From NCBI GenBank assembly GCA_963773285.1, contig CAVZAM010000030.1:25662-89661 (forward strand): a DNA stretch of 64,000 nt, read 5' to 3'. How positions within the stretch are numbered: the stretch's first letter is position 1; each line of letters begins with the position of its first letter. This document shows positions 52,144 through 62,024 of the stretch, in pieces. A program made the position numbers and the translations under genes. Source of the DNA: an uncultured delta proteobacterium. GTDB lineage: Bacteria > Desulfobacterota > Desulfobaccia > Desulfobaccales > 0-14-0-80-60-11. The notes under the pieces are model-generated. The model was not told the origin of the DNA. It was given only the letters and a program-made list of their open reading frames with translations, and made no database searches.

Positions 52144-52371
52144 ATGGATCTGAACTCCGAGCAAGTTACCGAACGTGTCCGCCTCCTGGCCAACAGCATC
52201 CTGGAACGCTTCAATGAAGAGCAGATTACCCCGGAGGAGGCGGGTTGGGTCGTTCTCGCCCTGACGCACCGCCTGCTGACGGTGCTGGAACAAAACCCGG
52301 CAGACCGCCAGGCCTTTGTCCTGCAGTTCATCGGCCTGGTGAACCAGTACCTGGCCGGGGACTTACAGTAG
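52144..52371 (+). CDS. small hypothetical protein (75 aa)
   Basis: ATG 52144 within ORF 52090-52371. Helical, no family recognised. Confidence 0.35.
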   Translation: MDLNSEQVTERVRLLANSILERFNEEQITPEEAGWVVLALTHRLLTVLEQNPADRQAFVLQFIGLVNQYLAGDLQ

Positions 52372-52456
52372 GGCCGGGGGGCGGAATTCCTAACATGCTT
52401 GGCGCCATCTGCCGATCTCACGTTGCCGGAGTCCGGGTGAAGGCCCCCTTGCTGCC

Positions 52457-54763
52457 ATGACACGCCGCGCTGATTCTATCCTGGAGTTGATGGGGGAGAC
52501 CCCCATCGTCCGTCTCAATAAGCTCAACCCCCCTTCCCGGGTGGAAGTCTATGTAAAACTTGAGTATTTTAACCCGGGAGGCTCGATTAAAGACCGGCCG
52601 GCCCTGACCATGATCGAGGCCGCCGAAGCCTCGGGCGAACTGACCCCGGGGAAGACGGTCATCGAGGCCACCAGCGGCAACACCGGCATCGGCCTGGCCA
52701 TGGTATGCGCCGTCAAGGGCTACCGGCTGCTCCTGGCCATGTCCGAGTCCGCCTCCGAAGAGCGCAAAAGGATCCTCCGGGCGCTGGGGGCCGAAATCCT
52801 GCTCACCCCGCCCCATCTGGGCACCGACGGCGCCATCGAGGAAGTGTACCGCATGGCCCGGGAAAACCCGACAGCCTACTTCCTGGTGGACCAGTTCAAC
52901 AACCCCCACAACCCCGCCTCTCATCAAGGCACGGCCAAGGAGATCTGGGAGCAGACCGAAGGCAGGGTCACCCACGTGGTCATCACCATGGGGACCACCG
53001 GCACCCTCATGGGCCTGACCCGGTATCTCAAGGGCTATAGCCCGGATATCCGGGTGGTGGGGGTGGAGCCTTATCTGGGGCACGGCATCCAGGGGCTGAA
53101 GAACCTGAAAGAATCTTACGTGCCGGGGATTTTCGCCAAGGGCGTGGCCAACGACATCGTCAACGTCGAAGATGAAGAGGCCTTCGAGACGGCCCGGCGC
53201 CTGGCCCGGGAGGAAGGGCTGTTCGTGGGCATGAGTTCCGGGGCGGCGGTGGCGGTGGCCCTGCGGATGGCCCGGGACCTGGAGCAGGGCCTCATCGTGG
53301 CCATTGCCCCGGACGGCGGCGAACGCTACCTCTCCACCCCGCTGTTCGCCGAAAAGGAAATCCCCACCCTCCAGGTTTACAACAGCCTCACCCGCACCAA
53401 GGAGGCCTTCGAGCCTTACAAGGCCGGGGAAGCCGCTCTGTTTGTGGACGGCCCGGCCCTCAATGCCCACCTTTCCTTACAGGTGGCCCGGCGCCTGGTG
53501 CTGGCCGACCTCTTGCAGCGCTACCTCAAGTTCCGGGGCTTCCAGGTGAAAAAGCTGGTGAGCCTGATCGATCTGGACGACCGCGCCATTGCCGGGGCCG
53601 AGGCCGCGGGCCAGGATCTGGCCGCGTTCACCGGGCATTTCCGGGAGGAGTTCTTCCGGGCTCTCAAGGCCCTGCGCATCAGCGAAGACGGGCTCTTCCC
53701 CCTGGCTTCGGAGCACGTGGACGACATGACCAATCTCACCCGGCGCCTTTTGGAGCGGGGTTATGCCTACGAAAAACTGCGGTCGGTGTACTTCGACATC
53801 GCCCGCTTCAAGGACTACGGCCGCCTCTCCGGGGTGGACCTGAGCAAGATCCGGGTGGGGAAGACCGTGGACCTGGACGACTACGCCAAGGAAAATCCCC
53901 GGGATTTCACCCTGCTGAAAAGGGCCAAGCTGGGGGAGCTCAAAAAGGGCCTCTACTTCAACACCCCCTGGGGCAAGGTGCGGCCCAGCTGGCACCTGGA
54001 GTGCGCCGCCATGGCCACGAGCCTCCTCGGGACCTCCGCTGACTTCCACGTGGGCTCCATTGCCTCGCTGTTCCCCCACGAAGAAAATGAAAATGCCCTC
54101 TTCGCCGCGGCCACCGGCAAGCCCCTGGCCCGGGTGTGGCTGCACGGGGAGCGGGTGCTTAGGCTCGGGCGGCCGCTTAAGGAGACCGGCGAGGTGACGG
54201 TGCGGGAACTCCTGGAGCAGGGGTATAAAGGCGAGGAGGTGCGGTTTTTTCTGCTGAGCACCCACTACCGCAAACCCCTGTCCCTGGGCGATGATAGCCT
54301 CAAGGCCGCGGCCAAGGCCCGGGCCCGCCTGGACCACTTCCTGACGCGCCTGGGCGCCGTGGCTACCGGGGACGACGCCGGCCTGCGGGGGGTGGAGGAG
54401 AGGCTTTTCCAGCTGAAAAGGGACGTGGTCCAGGCCCTGGATGACGACCTGAATATTTCCCGGGCCCTGTCGGCGCTGTTCAGTTTCCTGGGGGATATTC
54501 ATGTGGAACTGGACCGGGGGAACCTGGGCCAGAAAGGCGCCCACGCGGTGCTGACCCGGCTGGCCGAAGTGGATGAACTCCTGGGGATCATGAATTTCCC
54601 TGAGGCCGGCGAGGACGCCCACATCGAGACCCGCCTGGCGGCGCGGGAGGCTGCCCGCCAGCGCCGGGATTGGGGCGCCGCGGACGACATCCGGGCCGAA
54701 CTGGAGGAAGCCGGCATTGAGGTGGTGGATACCCCGGCCGGGCCGCGCTGGCACCGGCGTTAA
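52457..54763 (+). CDS. fusion protein: CysM/CysK-type PLP cysteine synthase (aa 1-~300) joined to a cysteinyl-tRNA-synthetase-like module lacking HIGH and KMSKS (aa ~305-768)
   Basis: N-terminal half: PGGSIKDRPAL (PLP Lys), TSGNTGIGLA, GTTGTLMG, GMSSGAA, DGGERYLST. C-terminal half: LQVYNSLTRTKEAFEP, SWHLECAAM, LFPHEENE, DDDLNISRALSALF and RRDWGAADDIRAELEEAGIEVVDTPAGPRWHR are collinear with CysRS. The HIGH position reads SLQV and the KMSKS position reads GRPLK. It is a single 768-codon ORF with no stop or start codon at the junction (about 53340-53370). Confidence 0.8.
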   Translation: MTRRADSILELMGETPIVRLNKLNPPSRVEVYVKLEYFNPGGSIKDRPALTMIEAAEASGELTPGKTVIEATSGNTGIGLAMVCAVKGYRLLLAMSESASEERKRILRALGAEILLTPPHLGTDGAIEEVYRMARENPTAYFLVDQFNNPHNPASHQGTAKEIWEQTEGRVTHVVITMGTTGTLMGLTRYLKGYSPDIRVVGVEPYLGHGIQGLKNLKESYVPGIFAKGVANDIVNVEDEEAFETARRLAREEGLFVGMSSGAAVAVALRMARDLEQGLIVAIAPDGGERYLSTPLFAEKEIPTLQVYNSLTRTKEAFEPYKAGEAALFVDGPALNAHLSLQVARRLVLADLLQRYLKFRGFQVKKLVSLIDLDDRAIAGAEAAGQDLAAFTGHFREEFFRALKALRISEDGLFPLASEHVDDMTNLTRRLLERGYAYEKLRSVYFDIARFKDYGRLSGVDLSKIRVGKTVDLDDYAKENPRDFTLLKRAKLGELKKGLYFNTPWGKVRPSWHLECAAMATSLLGTSADFHVGSIASLFPHEENENALFAAATGKPLARVWLHGERVLRLGRPLKETGEVTVRELLEQGYKGEEVRFFLLSTHYRKPLSLGDDSLKAAAKARARLDHFLTRLGAVATGDDAGLRGVEERLFQLKRDVVQALDDDLNISRALSALFSFLGDIHVELDRGNLGQKGAHAVLTRLAEVDELLGIMNFPEAGEDAHIETRLAAREAARQRRDWGAADDIRAELEEAGIEVVDTPAGPRWHRR

Positions 54764-54803
54764 GGTGAGAAAGATTCAAAATGCGGCACGTGGAGGCGGT
54801 GCG

Positions 54804-55457
54804 ATGAAAAAGATAGTTTTTCTTGTTATTCTATGCAGTTGGCTGGTGAGCAGCTGGGCCTGGGGAGCCACGCCCGAAAGCTTCCTCCCCCTCAAGGCGG
54901 GGATGGTCTGGGAATACCAGAACAAGCTCTTCGATCTCAAGACCCACGGCCAGATCGGCGCCGGCCGGGCCGTCAAGAAAAATCAGGCGCCCGTGGATCT
55001 GCAGGGGACCAAGGTGACCCCCCAGGTGTTTTCCTTTTACGAGCCTGATAATGTCCTAAAACAGGAAAGCACCTCCTACGTTGCCCAGGATGCGGCCGGC
55101 TTCTACGTTTTTGCCCGGAAAGCCGCCAATGACGCGACGCCGCAGGTGGTGCCGCAAAAGTATTATATATTGAAGTCCCCCCTCACCCAAGGGGCCTCCT
55201 GGAAGCAGGAGGCGCAGGGCTATATCATGCAGGACACCATTGAGTCCACGAATGCCAGCGTCCAGGTACCCGCCGGGACCTTTGCCGATTGCCTGCTGGT
55301 GAAAAAATTATTCTTCAGCCCGGGCAATCCGGGCACGCCGGTGCAGGAAGCCCAGTTCTGGTTTGCCCCGGAGGTGGGCAACGTCAAGGCAATCATTACC
55401 AATTCCCAGGAAAACAAGGAATTGGTGCAGGAACTGAAGTCTTTGAAAAAGAAATGA
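54804..55457 (+). CDS. secreted hypothetical protein
   Basis: ATG 54804 and signal peptide MKKIVFLVILCSWLVSSWAWGA. No family recognised. Confidence 0.55.
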   Translation: MKKIVFLVILCSWLVSSWAWGATPESFLPLKAGMVWEYQNKLFDLKTHGQIGAGRAVKKNQAPVDLQGTKVTPQVFSFYEPDNVLKQESTSYVAQDAAGFYVFARKAANDATPQVVPQKYYILKSPLTQGASWKQEAQGYIMQDTIESTNASVQVPAGTFADCLLVKKLFFSPGNPGTPVQEAQFWFAPEVGNVKAIITNSQENKELVQELKSLKKK

Positions 55458-55543
55458 TCCGGAGGGGGCAAGGGCCGGAGGGCCGCCGCGCCTTTAGTCC
55501 TCCCGCCACTTGGAAAAATTGTCCGGGAAGGAAAAGGTGGGTC

Positions 55544-56969
55544 ATGAGCGACAAGCCCTGGGGCGGGCGTTTTGAAGGGGCCACCGAGAAGTCGGTGGAG
55601 GAATTCACCAGTTCCCTCCACATCGACCGGCGGCTCTACCGGCAGGACATTTTGGGGTCCATGGCCCACGCCCGGATGCTGGCCAAGCAGGGCATCCTCA
55701 GCGTGCCGGAAGCGGAGGCCATTATCCAGGGGCTGGCCGAGGTTCAGGAAGAGATCGACGCCGGAGAATTCACCTTCGACCCGGCCCTGGAAGACATCCA
55801 CATGGCCGTGGAGGCCCGCCTCACCGCCAAGGTCGGCGAGGTGGGGGGCAAGCTGCACACCGCCAGGAGCAGAAACGACCAGGTGGCCCTGGATGTCCGC
55901 CTGTACCTGGCCGACGAGGTGGAAACCCTCACCGAGGGCCTGCAGGAGCTCCGCCGGGCCGGGGCCAGGCTCGCCAGACGCTACCTCGGGGTCATCATGC
56001 CGGGCTACACCCACCTGCAGCGGGCCCAGCCCGTGTTGTTCGCCCACCATCTGCTGGCCTACGACGAGATGTGGCGCCGGGACGGGATGCGCCTCACGGA
56101 ATCCCTGGCCCGCATCCGGGTCTCGCCGCTCGGGGCCGCGGCCCTGGCCGGCACCACCTTCCCCATCGATCCGGCCTACACCGCCGACCAGGTGGGGTTC
56201 CCGGCGGTCTTCCGCAACAGCCTGGACGCGGTGAGCGACCGGGACTTCATCCTGGAATTTCTCTCCCACGCCGCCCTCGATCATGGTGCACCTAAGCCGC
56301 CTCTCGGAGGAGCTGATCCTCTGGGCCAGCGCCGAATTCGGTTTTGTGGCCCTCCCCGACTCTTACGCTACCGGCTCATCCATCATGCCCCAGAAGAAAA
56401 ACCCCGACGTGGCGGAGCTCATCCGGGGTAAAAGCGGCCGGGTGGCGGGTCACCTCATGGGGCTGCTCATGACCGTGAAGGGCCTACCCCTGGCTTACAA
56501 CCGGGACCTCCAGGAAGACAAGGAGCCCCTGTTCGACGCCGTGGACACGGTGAAGGCCTCGGTGAGCCTCATGGCGGGGATGCTGGGAAGCCTGGACCTC
56601 AGGGAGGAGCGCATCTCCCAGGCCCTGCGGGGCGGGTATCTTTCCGCCACGGACCTGGCCGACTACCTGGTGGAGCAGGGGGTGCCTTTCCGCACGGCCC
56701 ACGAGCAGGTGGGGAGGCTGGTGCGCTACGCCGAGTTCCAGGGGAAGGAACTCCTGGAGCTTTCCATAGAGGAGATTCAGCGCTTTGCCTCCCAGGCCGG
56801 GCCCGACGTCTTCGAGTGGCTGGCCATAGACAACGTGGTGGCCAGGCGTGCTTCCCCCGGGGGCACGGCGCCGGCGCGGGTGGAAGAGGCCCTGGCCCGG
56901 GTGGAAGCGGAACTGGGTCTGTGTGCCCCGGAGGGCCAAGGAGAAGCATCGGAAGGCGCCCGGTCGTGA
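55544..56969 (+). CDS. argH: argininosuccinate lyase, apparent frameshift near 56279
   Basis: WGGRFEG, HTARSRNDQVALD, GYTHLQRAQP and GSSIMPQKKNPDVAELIRGK are present. Pieces 55289-56431 (true ATG 55544) and 56283-56969. Confidence 0.9.
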
Positions 56970-58093
56970 AGGAACCCGCCGGGAGCAGGACCGGCGTTAC
57001 CAGGCAGTCGTTTCAAAAAACCGCCAGACCGGTCACCACCTGGCAGTTGCTGGGATGGTGCCTCGCTCTTCTGGCCCTGGGACTGACCGGGGCCTGCGGC
57101 CGCAAAGAGACCCCCATCTCCCCCGACCTGGTCCTCCCCGGCCCGGTGAAAAATTTCCGCCTCTCCCAGGAAGGCGAGAGCCTGGCGGCGACCTGGGTTT
57201 TTCCCCCGGTAAACCAGCTGGGGCAGCCCCTCACCCAACTGGAGGGCTTCCGCCTTTACCGCGGCGCCGTCCCGGGTGTGGCCCCGGCCGCCGGCTGCGC
57301 CCCCGAGTTTATCCTCCTGGCTGACATCGACCTCGCCTACCCCAAAGTGGGGACAGTCCAGGGAGACCGGGTAACCTACCAGGACTGGAATCTGACCCCG
57401 GGGAAAACCTACTCCTACCGGGTGGCGGCCTATGGCCGGGGCGGGGGGCTCGGCCCCTGGTCGCCGGTCTTGAGCCACGCCTGGGGCGTTCTGCCCAAAG
57501 CTCCCGCCAGTCTCACGGCCGAGGCCAAGGACCGGGAAGTGCGGCTGGCCTGGCCCGAAGTGAAGTCCCTCCTGGACGGCACCCCGGTCCGGGACCTGGC
57601 CGGCTACGCGGTCTACCGGCAAACCGGCCACGGGGACTGGCTGCGCCTCAATCCCACTCCTCTCGCCGCCAGCCAGTATCAAGATGTAGCGGTGAAAAAC
57701 GAAGTTGAATATACTTACAAGATTCGGGCCGTGCGCCAGTTGGGGCAGTACGAACTGGAAGGCCCCGACTCCCCGAGCCGCACCGTTATGCCCCGGAAGT
57801 TTACGCCGCCGCCGCCGGTCCTGAACCTGGTGGCGGCGCCCACGGCTAAGGGGGTGGAGCTGCGCTGGAACCCGAGCCCGGCCACGGACATCGCCGGCTA
57901 CCGGGTTTACCGGCTTCAGGCCGGGGAGGCGAAGCCCGTGCGCCTGACCCCGGAGCTGCTGAAAGAGACGTATTTCGTGGACAGCCAGGTCACCCGGGGG
58001 CAAACTTACGCCTACACGGTCACCGCGGTGGACGACTCCCGCCAGGCCAACGAAAGTGCGCCGTCGGCGGAGGCGGTGGTAACCATCAGGTAG
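56966..58093 (+). CDS. lipoprotein with three fibronectin type III-like repeats (start tentative)
   Basis: GTG 56966 overlaps the argH TGA (GTGA). Lipobox-like ALGLTGAC. There are three repeats with the pattern L(x)W..P....GY.VYR......Y.Y.V.A. Confidence 0.6.
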   Translation: MKEPAGSRTGVTRQSFQKTARPVTTWQLLGWCLALLALGLTGACGRKETPISPDLVLPGPVKNFRLSQEGESLAATWVFPPVNQLGQPLTQLEGFRLYRGAVPGVAPAAGCAPEFILLADIDLAYPKVGTVQGDRVTYQDWNLTPGKTYSYRVAAYGRGGGLGPWSPVLSHAWGVLPKAPASLTAEAKDREVRLAWPEVKSLLDGTPVRDLAGYAVYRQTGHGDWLRLNPTPLAASQYQDVAVKNEVEYTYKIRAVRQLGQYELEGPDSPSRTVMPRKFTPPPPVLNLVAAPTAKGVELRWNPSPATDIAGYRVYRLQAGEAKPVRLTPELLKETYFVDSQVTRGQTYAYTVTAVDDSRQANESAPSAEAVVTIR

Positions 58094-58159
58094 CGCCAGT
58101 ATTTCATAACGGCAGGTCATTAGCCTGCTGGTGGGGAATTTTTATAACAGGCCAGGTGC

Positions 58160-59419
58160 ATGCATCACTTCCACTACATCAACGGTGAACTTCATTGTGA
58201 AAACGTGCCGGTGGCGAAAATCGCCGCGGCGGTGGGGACCCCCTTCTACCTGTACAGCCACGCGACCCTCGCCCACCACTTCCGCACCTTTGACGAGGCC
58301 TTTGCGGGTTACTCCCACCTCATCTGCTTTGCGGTGAAGGCCAACGGCAACCTGGCCATCCTGCGGCTGTTCGCGGGGCTGGGCGCGGGGGCGGACATCG
58401 TCAGCGGCGGGGAGCTTTTCCGGGCCACCAAGGCCGGCATCCCCCCCCAAAGAATCGTCTATTCCGGGGTGGGCAAGAATTTCAAGGAAATCCGCCAGGC
58501 CCTCAAAGCCGGCATTCTCATGTTCAACATCGAGTCCTCCCAGGAGCTGGGGGAGATCTCCCGGATTGCCGGCCAGCTTAAGGTGAGGGCGCCGGTGGCC
58601 CTGCGCATCAACCCGGACATCGACGCCCAGACCCATCCCTATATCTCCACGGGGCTTAAAAAAAACAAGTTCGGCATCAACCTGGACCGGGCCCTGCTGG
58701 ATTATGAGCGGGCCAGCCAACTCCCCCACGTCGAGGTGGTGGGGGTGGCCTGCCACATCGGCTCCCAGATCACCGAGCTGTCCCCCTTCCTGGAGGCGGT
58801 GCAGCGCCTGCGGGAGCTGGTGGCGGAACTGACCCGCCGGGGGATCAAGATCCGCTACCTGGACCTGGGCGGCGGGCTCGGCATCACCTATGACCAGGAG
58901 ACCCCGCCGCACCCCCGGGACTACGGGCAGGCCCTGATAAAAGAGCTGCACGGCCTGGACGTCACCCTGGTGCTGGAGCCCGGGCGGGTCATCGTGGGCA
59001 ACGCCGGCATCCTGGTAACCCGGGTATATTACACCAAGGACAGCGGCGCCAGGCATTTCATCGTGGTGGATGCGGGCATGAACGACCTGGCTCGCCCCAG
59101 CCTGTACGGCTCCTATCACGCCCTGTGGCCGGTGGTGCAGGCGCCCCGGCGGGAAGTCACCGCGTCGCTCGTGGGTCCCATCTGCGAATCAGGGGATTTC
59201 CTCGCCAAGGACCGCCCCATGAACGACTTTCAGCCCGGGGAACTGGTGGCCGTGATGAGCGCCGGAGCCTACGGTTTTTCCATGAGTTCCAACTACAACT
59301 CCAGGCCCCGGGTGGCGGAAATCTTGGTGAAAGATGATGAGTTTTATGTTATCAGGAAGCGGGAGACGTATGCCCAGCTCATCCGGGGCGAGACTATCCC
59401 TGAATTTTTGCGGAGTTGA
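58160..59419 (+). CDS. lysA: diaminopimelate decarboxylase
   Basis: TPFYLYS, FAVKANGNLAIL, a HIGSQ-like segment (ACHIGSQI), LDLGGGLGI and EPGR are present. Intact at 419 aa. Confidence 0.9.
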   Translation: MHHFHYINGELHCENVPVAKIAAAVGTPFYLYSHATLAHHFRTFDEAFAGYSHLICFAVKANGNLAILRLFAGLGAGADIVSGGELFRATKAGIPPQRIVYSGVGKNFKEIRQALKAGILMFNIESSQELGEISRIAGQLKVRAPVALRINPDIDAQTHPYISTGLKKNKFGINLDRALLDYERASQLPHVEVVGVACHIGSQITELSPFLEAVQRLRELVAELTRRGIKIRYLDLGGGLGITYDQETPPHPRDYGQALIKELHGLDVTLVLEPGRVIVGNAGILVTRVYYTKDSGARHFIVVDAGMNDLARPSLYGSYHALWPVVQAPRREVTASLVGPICESGDFLAKDRPMNDFQPGELVAVMSAGAYGFSMSSNYNSRPRVAEILVKDDEFYVIRKRETYAQLIRGETIPEFLRS

Positions 59420-60267
59420 ACCCCGTGAGTGAAGATGCCACTCCCCGCCGCCTGCCCTTCTTCAAGATGCATGGCGGGGGGAACGACTTTGTTCTGATCG
59501 ACCACCGGGAGCAGCTCATCCCGGAGACGGAATACAGCCGGTTCGCCAGGCGGGTGTGTGCCCCCAAGATCGGGGTGGGGGCCGACGGCCTCATCCTCAT
59601 CGAGACCTCTGAGAAGGCCGACTTTCGCTGGCGCTTTTTTAACGCCGACGGCTCCGAAGCCGAGATGTGCGGCAACGGCGCCCGCTGCGCTGCCCGCTTT
59701 GCAGTGATGCACGGGTTGGCGGGCCCCCGCCTGGCTTTTGAGACCATGGCCGGGCTGATTGCCGCCGAGGTCCAGGACCGCCAGGTGGAGGTCACCATGG
59801 TGGGGGTGGAAGACCTGCGCCTGAACCTGTCCATCCCCCTGGAGAAAGGCCACTTGTGCGGACACTTCCTGCGGGTGGGCGTGCCCCACGTGGCGGTGCC
59901 GGTGGACAACCTGGACGAGGTGCCCATCCGGCCGTGGGGCCGGGAGATCCGCTATCACCGCCTGTTTGAGCCGGCGGGCACCAACGTTAATTTTGTCAAA
60001 ATAAAAGACCTGCATAACCTGGCAGTGCGCACCTACGAGCGCGGCGTGGAAGATGAAACCCTGGCCTGCGGCACCGGCGCGGTGGCCTCGGCCATCATCA
60101 GCGCCCGGCTGGGCCAAGCCGCCTCCCCGGTGGCGGTGCACACCCGGGGCGGCGAGATGCTCACCGTGTCTTTTGAATTGACCGGCGACCGGATCACCCA
60201 TGTCTTACTCAAGGGTGACGCCCTGGTGGTCTATCAGGGCGAACTGTGGCTGGATGAACTAAAGTGA
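59416..60267 (+). CDS. dapF: diaminopimelate epimerase
   Basis: FFKMHGGGNDFVLID, FFNADGSEAEMCGNGARC and ETLACGTGAVA (both catalytic Cys motifs) are present. The TTG/GTG start overlaps the lysA stop. Confidence 0.9.
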   Translation: MNPVSEDATPRRLPFFKMHGGGNDFVLIDHREQLIPETEYSRFARRVCAPKIGVGADGLILIETSEKADFRWRFFNADGSEAEMCGNGARCAARFAVMHGLAGPRLAFETMAGLIAAEVQDRQVEVTMVGVEDLRLNLSIPLEKGHLCGHFLRVGVPHVAVPVDNLDEVPIRPWGREIRYHRLFEPAGTNVNFVKIKDLHNLAVRTYERGVEDETLACGTGAVASAIISARLGQAASPVAVHTRGGEMLTVSFELTGDRITHVLLKGDALVVYQGELWLDELK

Positions 60268-60278
60268 GGAGTAAGGCC

Positions 60279-61151
60279 ATGTTACAAGGAGCAATTACGG
60301 CCATCGTCACCCCCTTCAGGGACGGTAAGCTGGACGAGGGTGCTTACCGGGAGCTCATCGAGTTCCAGATCAAGGGGGGTATCAACGGCATCGTGCCTTG
60401 TGGCACCACCGGCGAATCCGCCACCCTGACCCATGAGGAGCACAAACGGGTGGTGGAGGCTTGCGTGGACCAGGTCAAAAAGCGGGTGCCGGTGGTGGCC
60501 GGCACTGGCTCCAACAATACCGCCGAGGCCGTGGAACTGACCCGGCACGCTGAGCAAGCGGGGGCAGATTATGCCCTGCTCATCACCCCGTATTACAACA
60601 AGCCGACCCAGGAAGGGGTGTACCAGCATTTTAAAACCGTTGCCGACAACACCAGCATCCCCATGGTGGTCTATAACGTCCCCAGCCGCACCAGCTTGAA
60701 CCTGCTGCCCGAAACGGTGGCCCGGCTGGCGGAGTTCAAAAATATCGTGGCCATCAAGGAGGCCACCGGCGACCTCAAGCAGTGCGCCAAGATCGTGGAG
60801 CTGTGCGGGGATAAAATCACCCTGCTCTCCGGGGACGACTTTACCGTACTGCCCCTGCTGGCCATCGGCGGCACCGGCGTCATCTCCGTGGTGAGCAACG
60901 TCGCCCCCCGGGATATGGCCGACATGTGCGCCGCCTTCGCCAAGGGCGACATCAAGACCGCCCAGAAACTGCATTACAAGATGTGGCCCCTCATGGAGGC
61001 CATGTTCTATGAAACCAACCCCACGCCCGCCAAGACCGCCCTTAACATGATGGGCAAAATCAGCGGCGAGGTGCGCCAACCCCTCTGCCCCATGAGCCCG
61101 GCCAACCAGGACAAGCTCCGGCAGGTGCTCAAGAAGTACGGGTTGATTTAA
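60279..61151 (+). CDS. dapA: 4-hydroxy-tetrahydrodipicolinate synthase
   Basis: AIVTPF, CGTTGESATLTHEEH, TPYYNKPTQEG, VYNVPSRT and IVAIKEATGD (Schiff-base Lys) are present. Confidence 0.9.
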   Translation: MLQGAITAIVTPFRDGKLDEGAYRELIEFQIKGGINGIVPCGTTGESATLTHEEHKRVVEACVDQVKKRVPVVAGTGSNNTAEAVELTRHAEQAGADYALLITPYYNKPTQEGVYQHFKTVADNTSIPMVVYNVPSRTSLNLLPETVARLAEFKNIVAIKEATGDLKQCAKIVELCGDKITLLSGDDFTVLPLLAIGGTGVISVVSNVAPRDMADMCAAFAKGDIKTAQKLHYKMWPLMEAMFYETNPTPAKTALNMMGKISGEVRQPLCPMSPANQDKLRQVLKKYGLI

Positions 61152-61157
61152 GGTTAC

Positions 61158-61198
61158 GTGGGGGAGGACCAGGGAACGCGGTTCCCGGCCCCTCCCCC
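61158..61198. repeat. solo hairpin of the G/C-tract element between dapA and dapB
   Basis: GTGGGGGAGGACCAGGGAACGCGGTTCCCGGCCCCTCCCCC. Confidence 0.7.
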
Positions 61199-61220
61199 AT
61201 ATCACCTTCACGGAGGCCTT

Positions 61221-62024
61221 ATGGTTAGGGCGATTGTATCCGGGGCGGCGGGGCGCATGGGGGGGCGGATTATCCACATGTTGGCGGACGCCCAGGGCAT
61301 TGAGCTGGCCGGAGCGCTGGAGCAGCCCGGGAACCCCCAGGTCGGCAAGGATGTGGGCGAGGTCGTGGGACTGCCCCAAACAGGCATCGTGGTGAGCGGG
61401 TCTTTGGCGGAGGTGCTGCCCCAGGGGGACGTGCTGATCGAATTTACCCAGCCCGAGCCCACCCTGGAGCACCTAAAAGAGGCGGCGGCGGCCGGCAAGG
61501 CCATGGTCATCGGCACCACGGGCTTAAGTCCCCAGCAGGTTGCGGAGCTTAAGGGCCTGGCCGGGAAAACCCGGGTGGTGTTCGCTCCCAACATGAGTGT
61601 GGGGGTGAACCTGATGTTCAAGGTGGTGGAGGACATTGCCAGGGTGCTGAATGACGGCTACGACGTGGAGATTGTCGAGGCCCATCACCGCCTGAAGAAG
61701 GACGCGCCCAGCGGCACCGCCCTGAAGCTGGCCCAGGTCATCGCCCGGGCCCTGGGCAGGGACCTGGACAAGGTGGGGGTTTACGGCCGCAAAGGCATCA
61801 CCGGCGAGCGCCCCAAAGACGAGATCGGCATCATGACGGTGCGGGCCGGCGACATCGTCGGGGAGCACACCGTGACCTTTTGCGGCATCGGTGAGCGCCT
61901 GGAAATCATCCACCGGGCCCACAACCGGGACAACTTCGCCCGGGGTGCGGTCAGGGCGGCGCAGTGGCTCGTGAATCAACCTCCCGGCCTGTACGACATG
62001 CAGGATGTGTTGGGGTTGAAATAG
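61221..62024 (+). CDS. dapB: 4-hydroxy-tetrahydrodipicolinate reductase
   Basis: VSGAAGRMGG, VIGTTGL, APNMSVGVN and EAHHRLKKDAPSGTA are present. ATG 61221. Confidence 0.9.
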   Translation: MVRAIVSGAAGRMGGRIIHMLADAQGIELAGALEQPGNPQVGKDVGEVVGLPQTGIVVSGSLAEVLPQGDVLIEFTQPEPTLEHLKEAAAAGKAMVIGTTGLSPQQVAELKGLAGKTRVVFAPNMSVGVNLMFKVVEDIARVLNDGYDVEIVEAHHRLKKDAPSGTALKLAQVIARALGRDLDKVGVYGRKGITGERPKDEIGIMTVRAGDIVGEHTVTFCGIGERLEIIHRAHNRDNFARGAVRAAQWLVNQPPGLYDMQDVLGLK

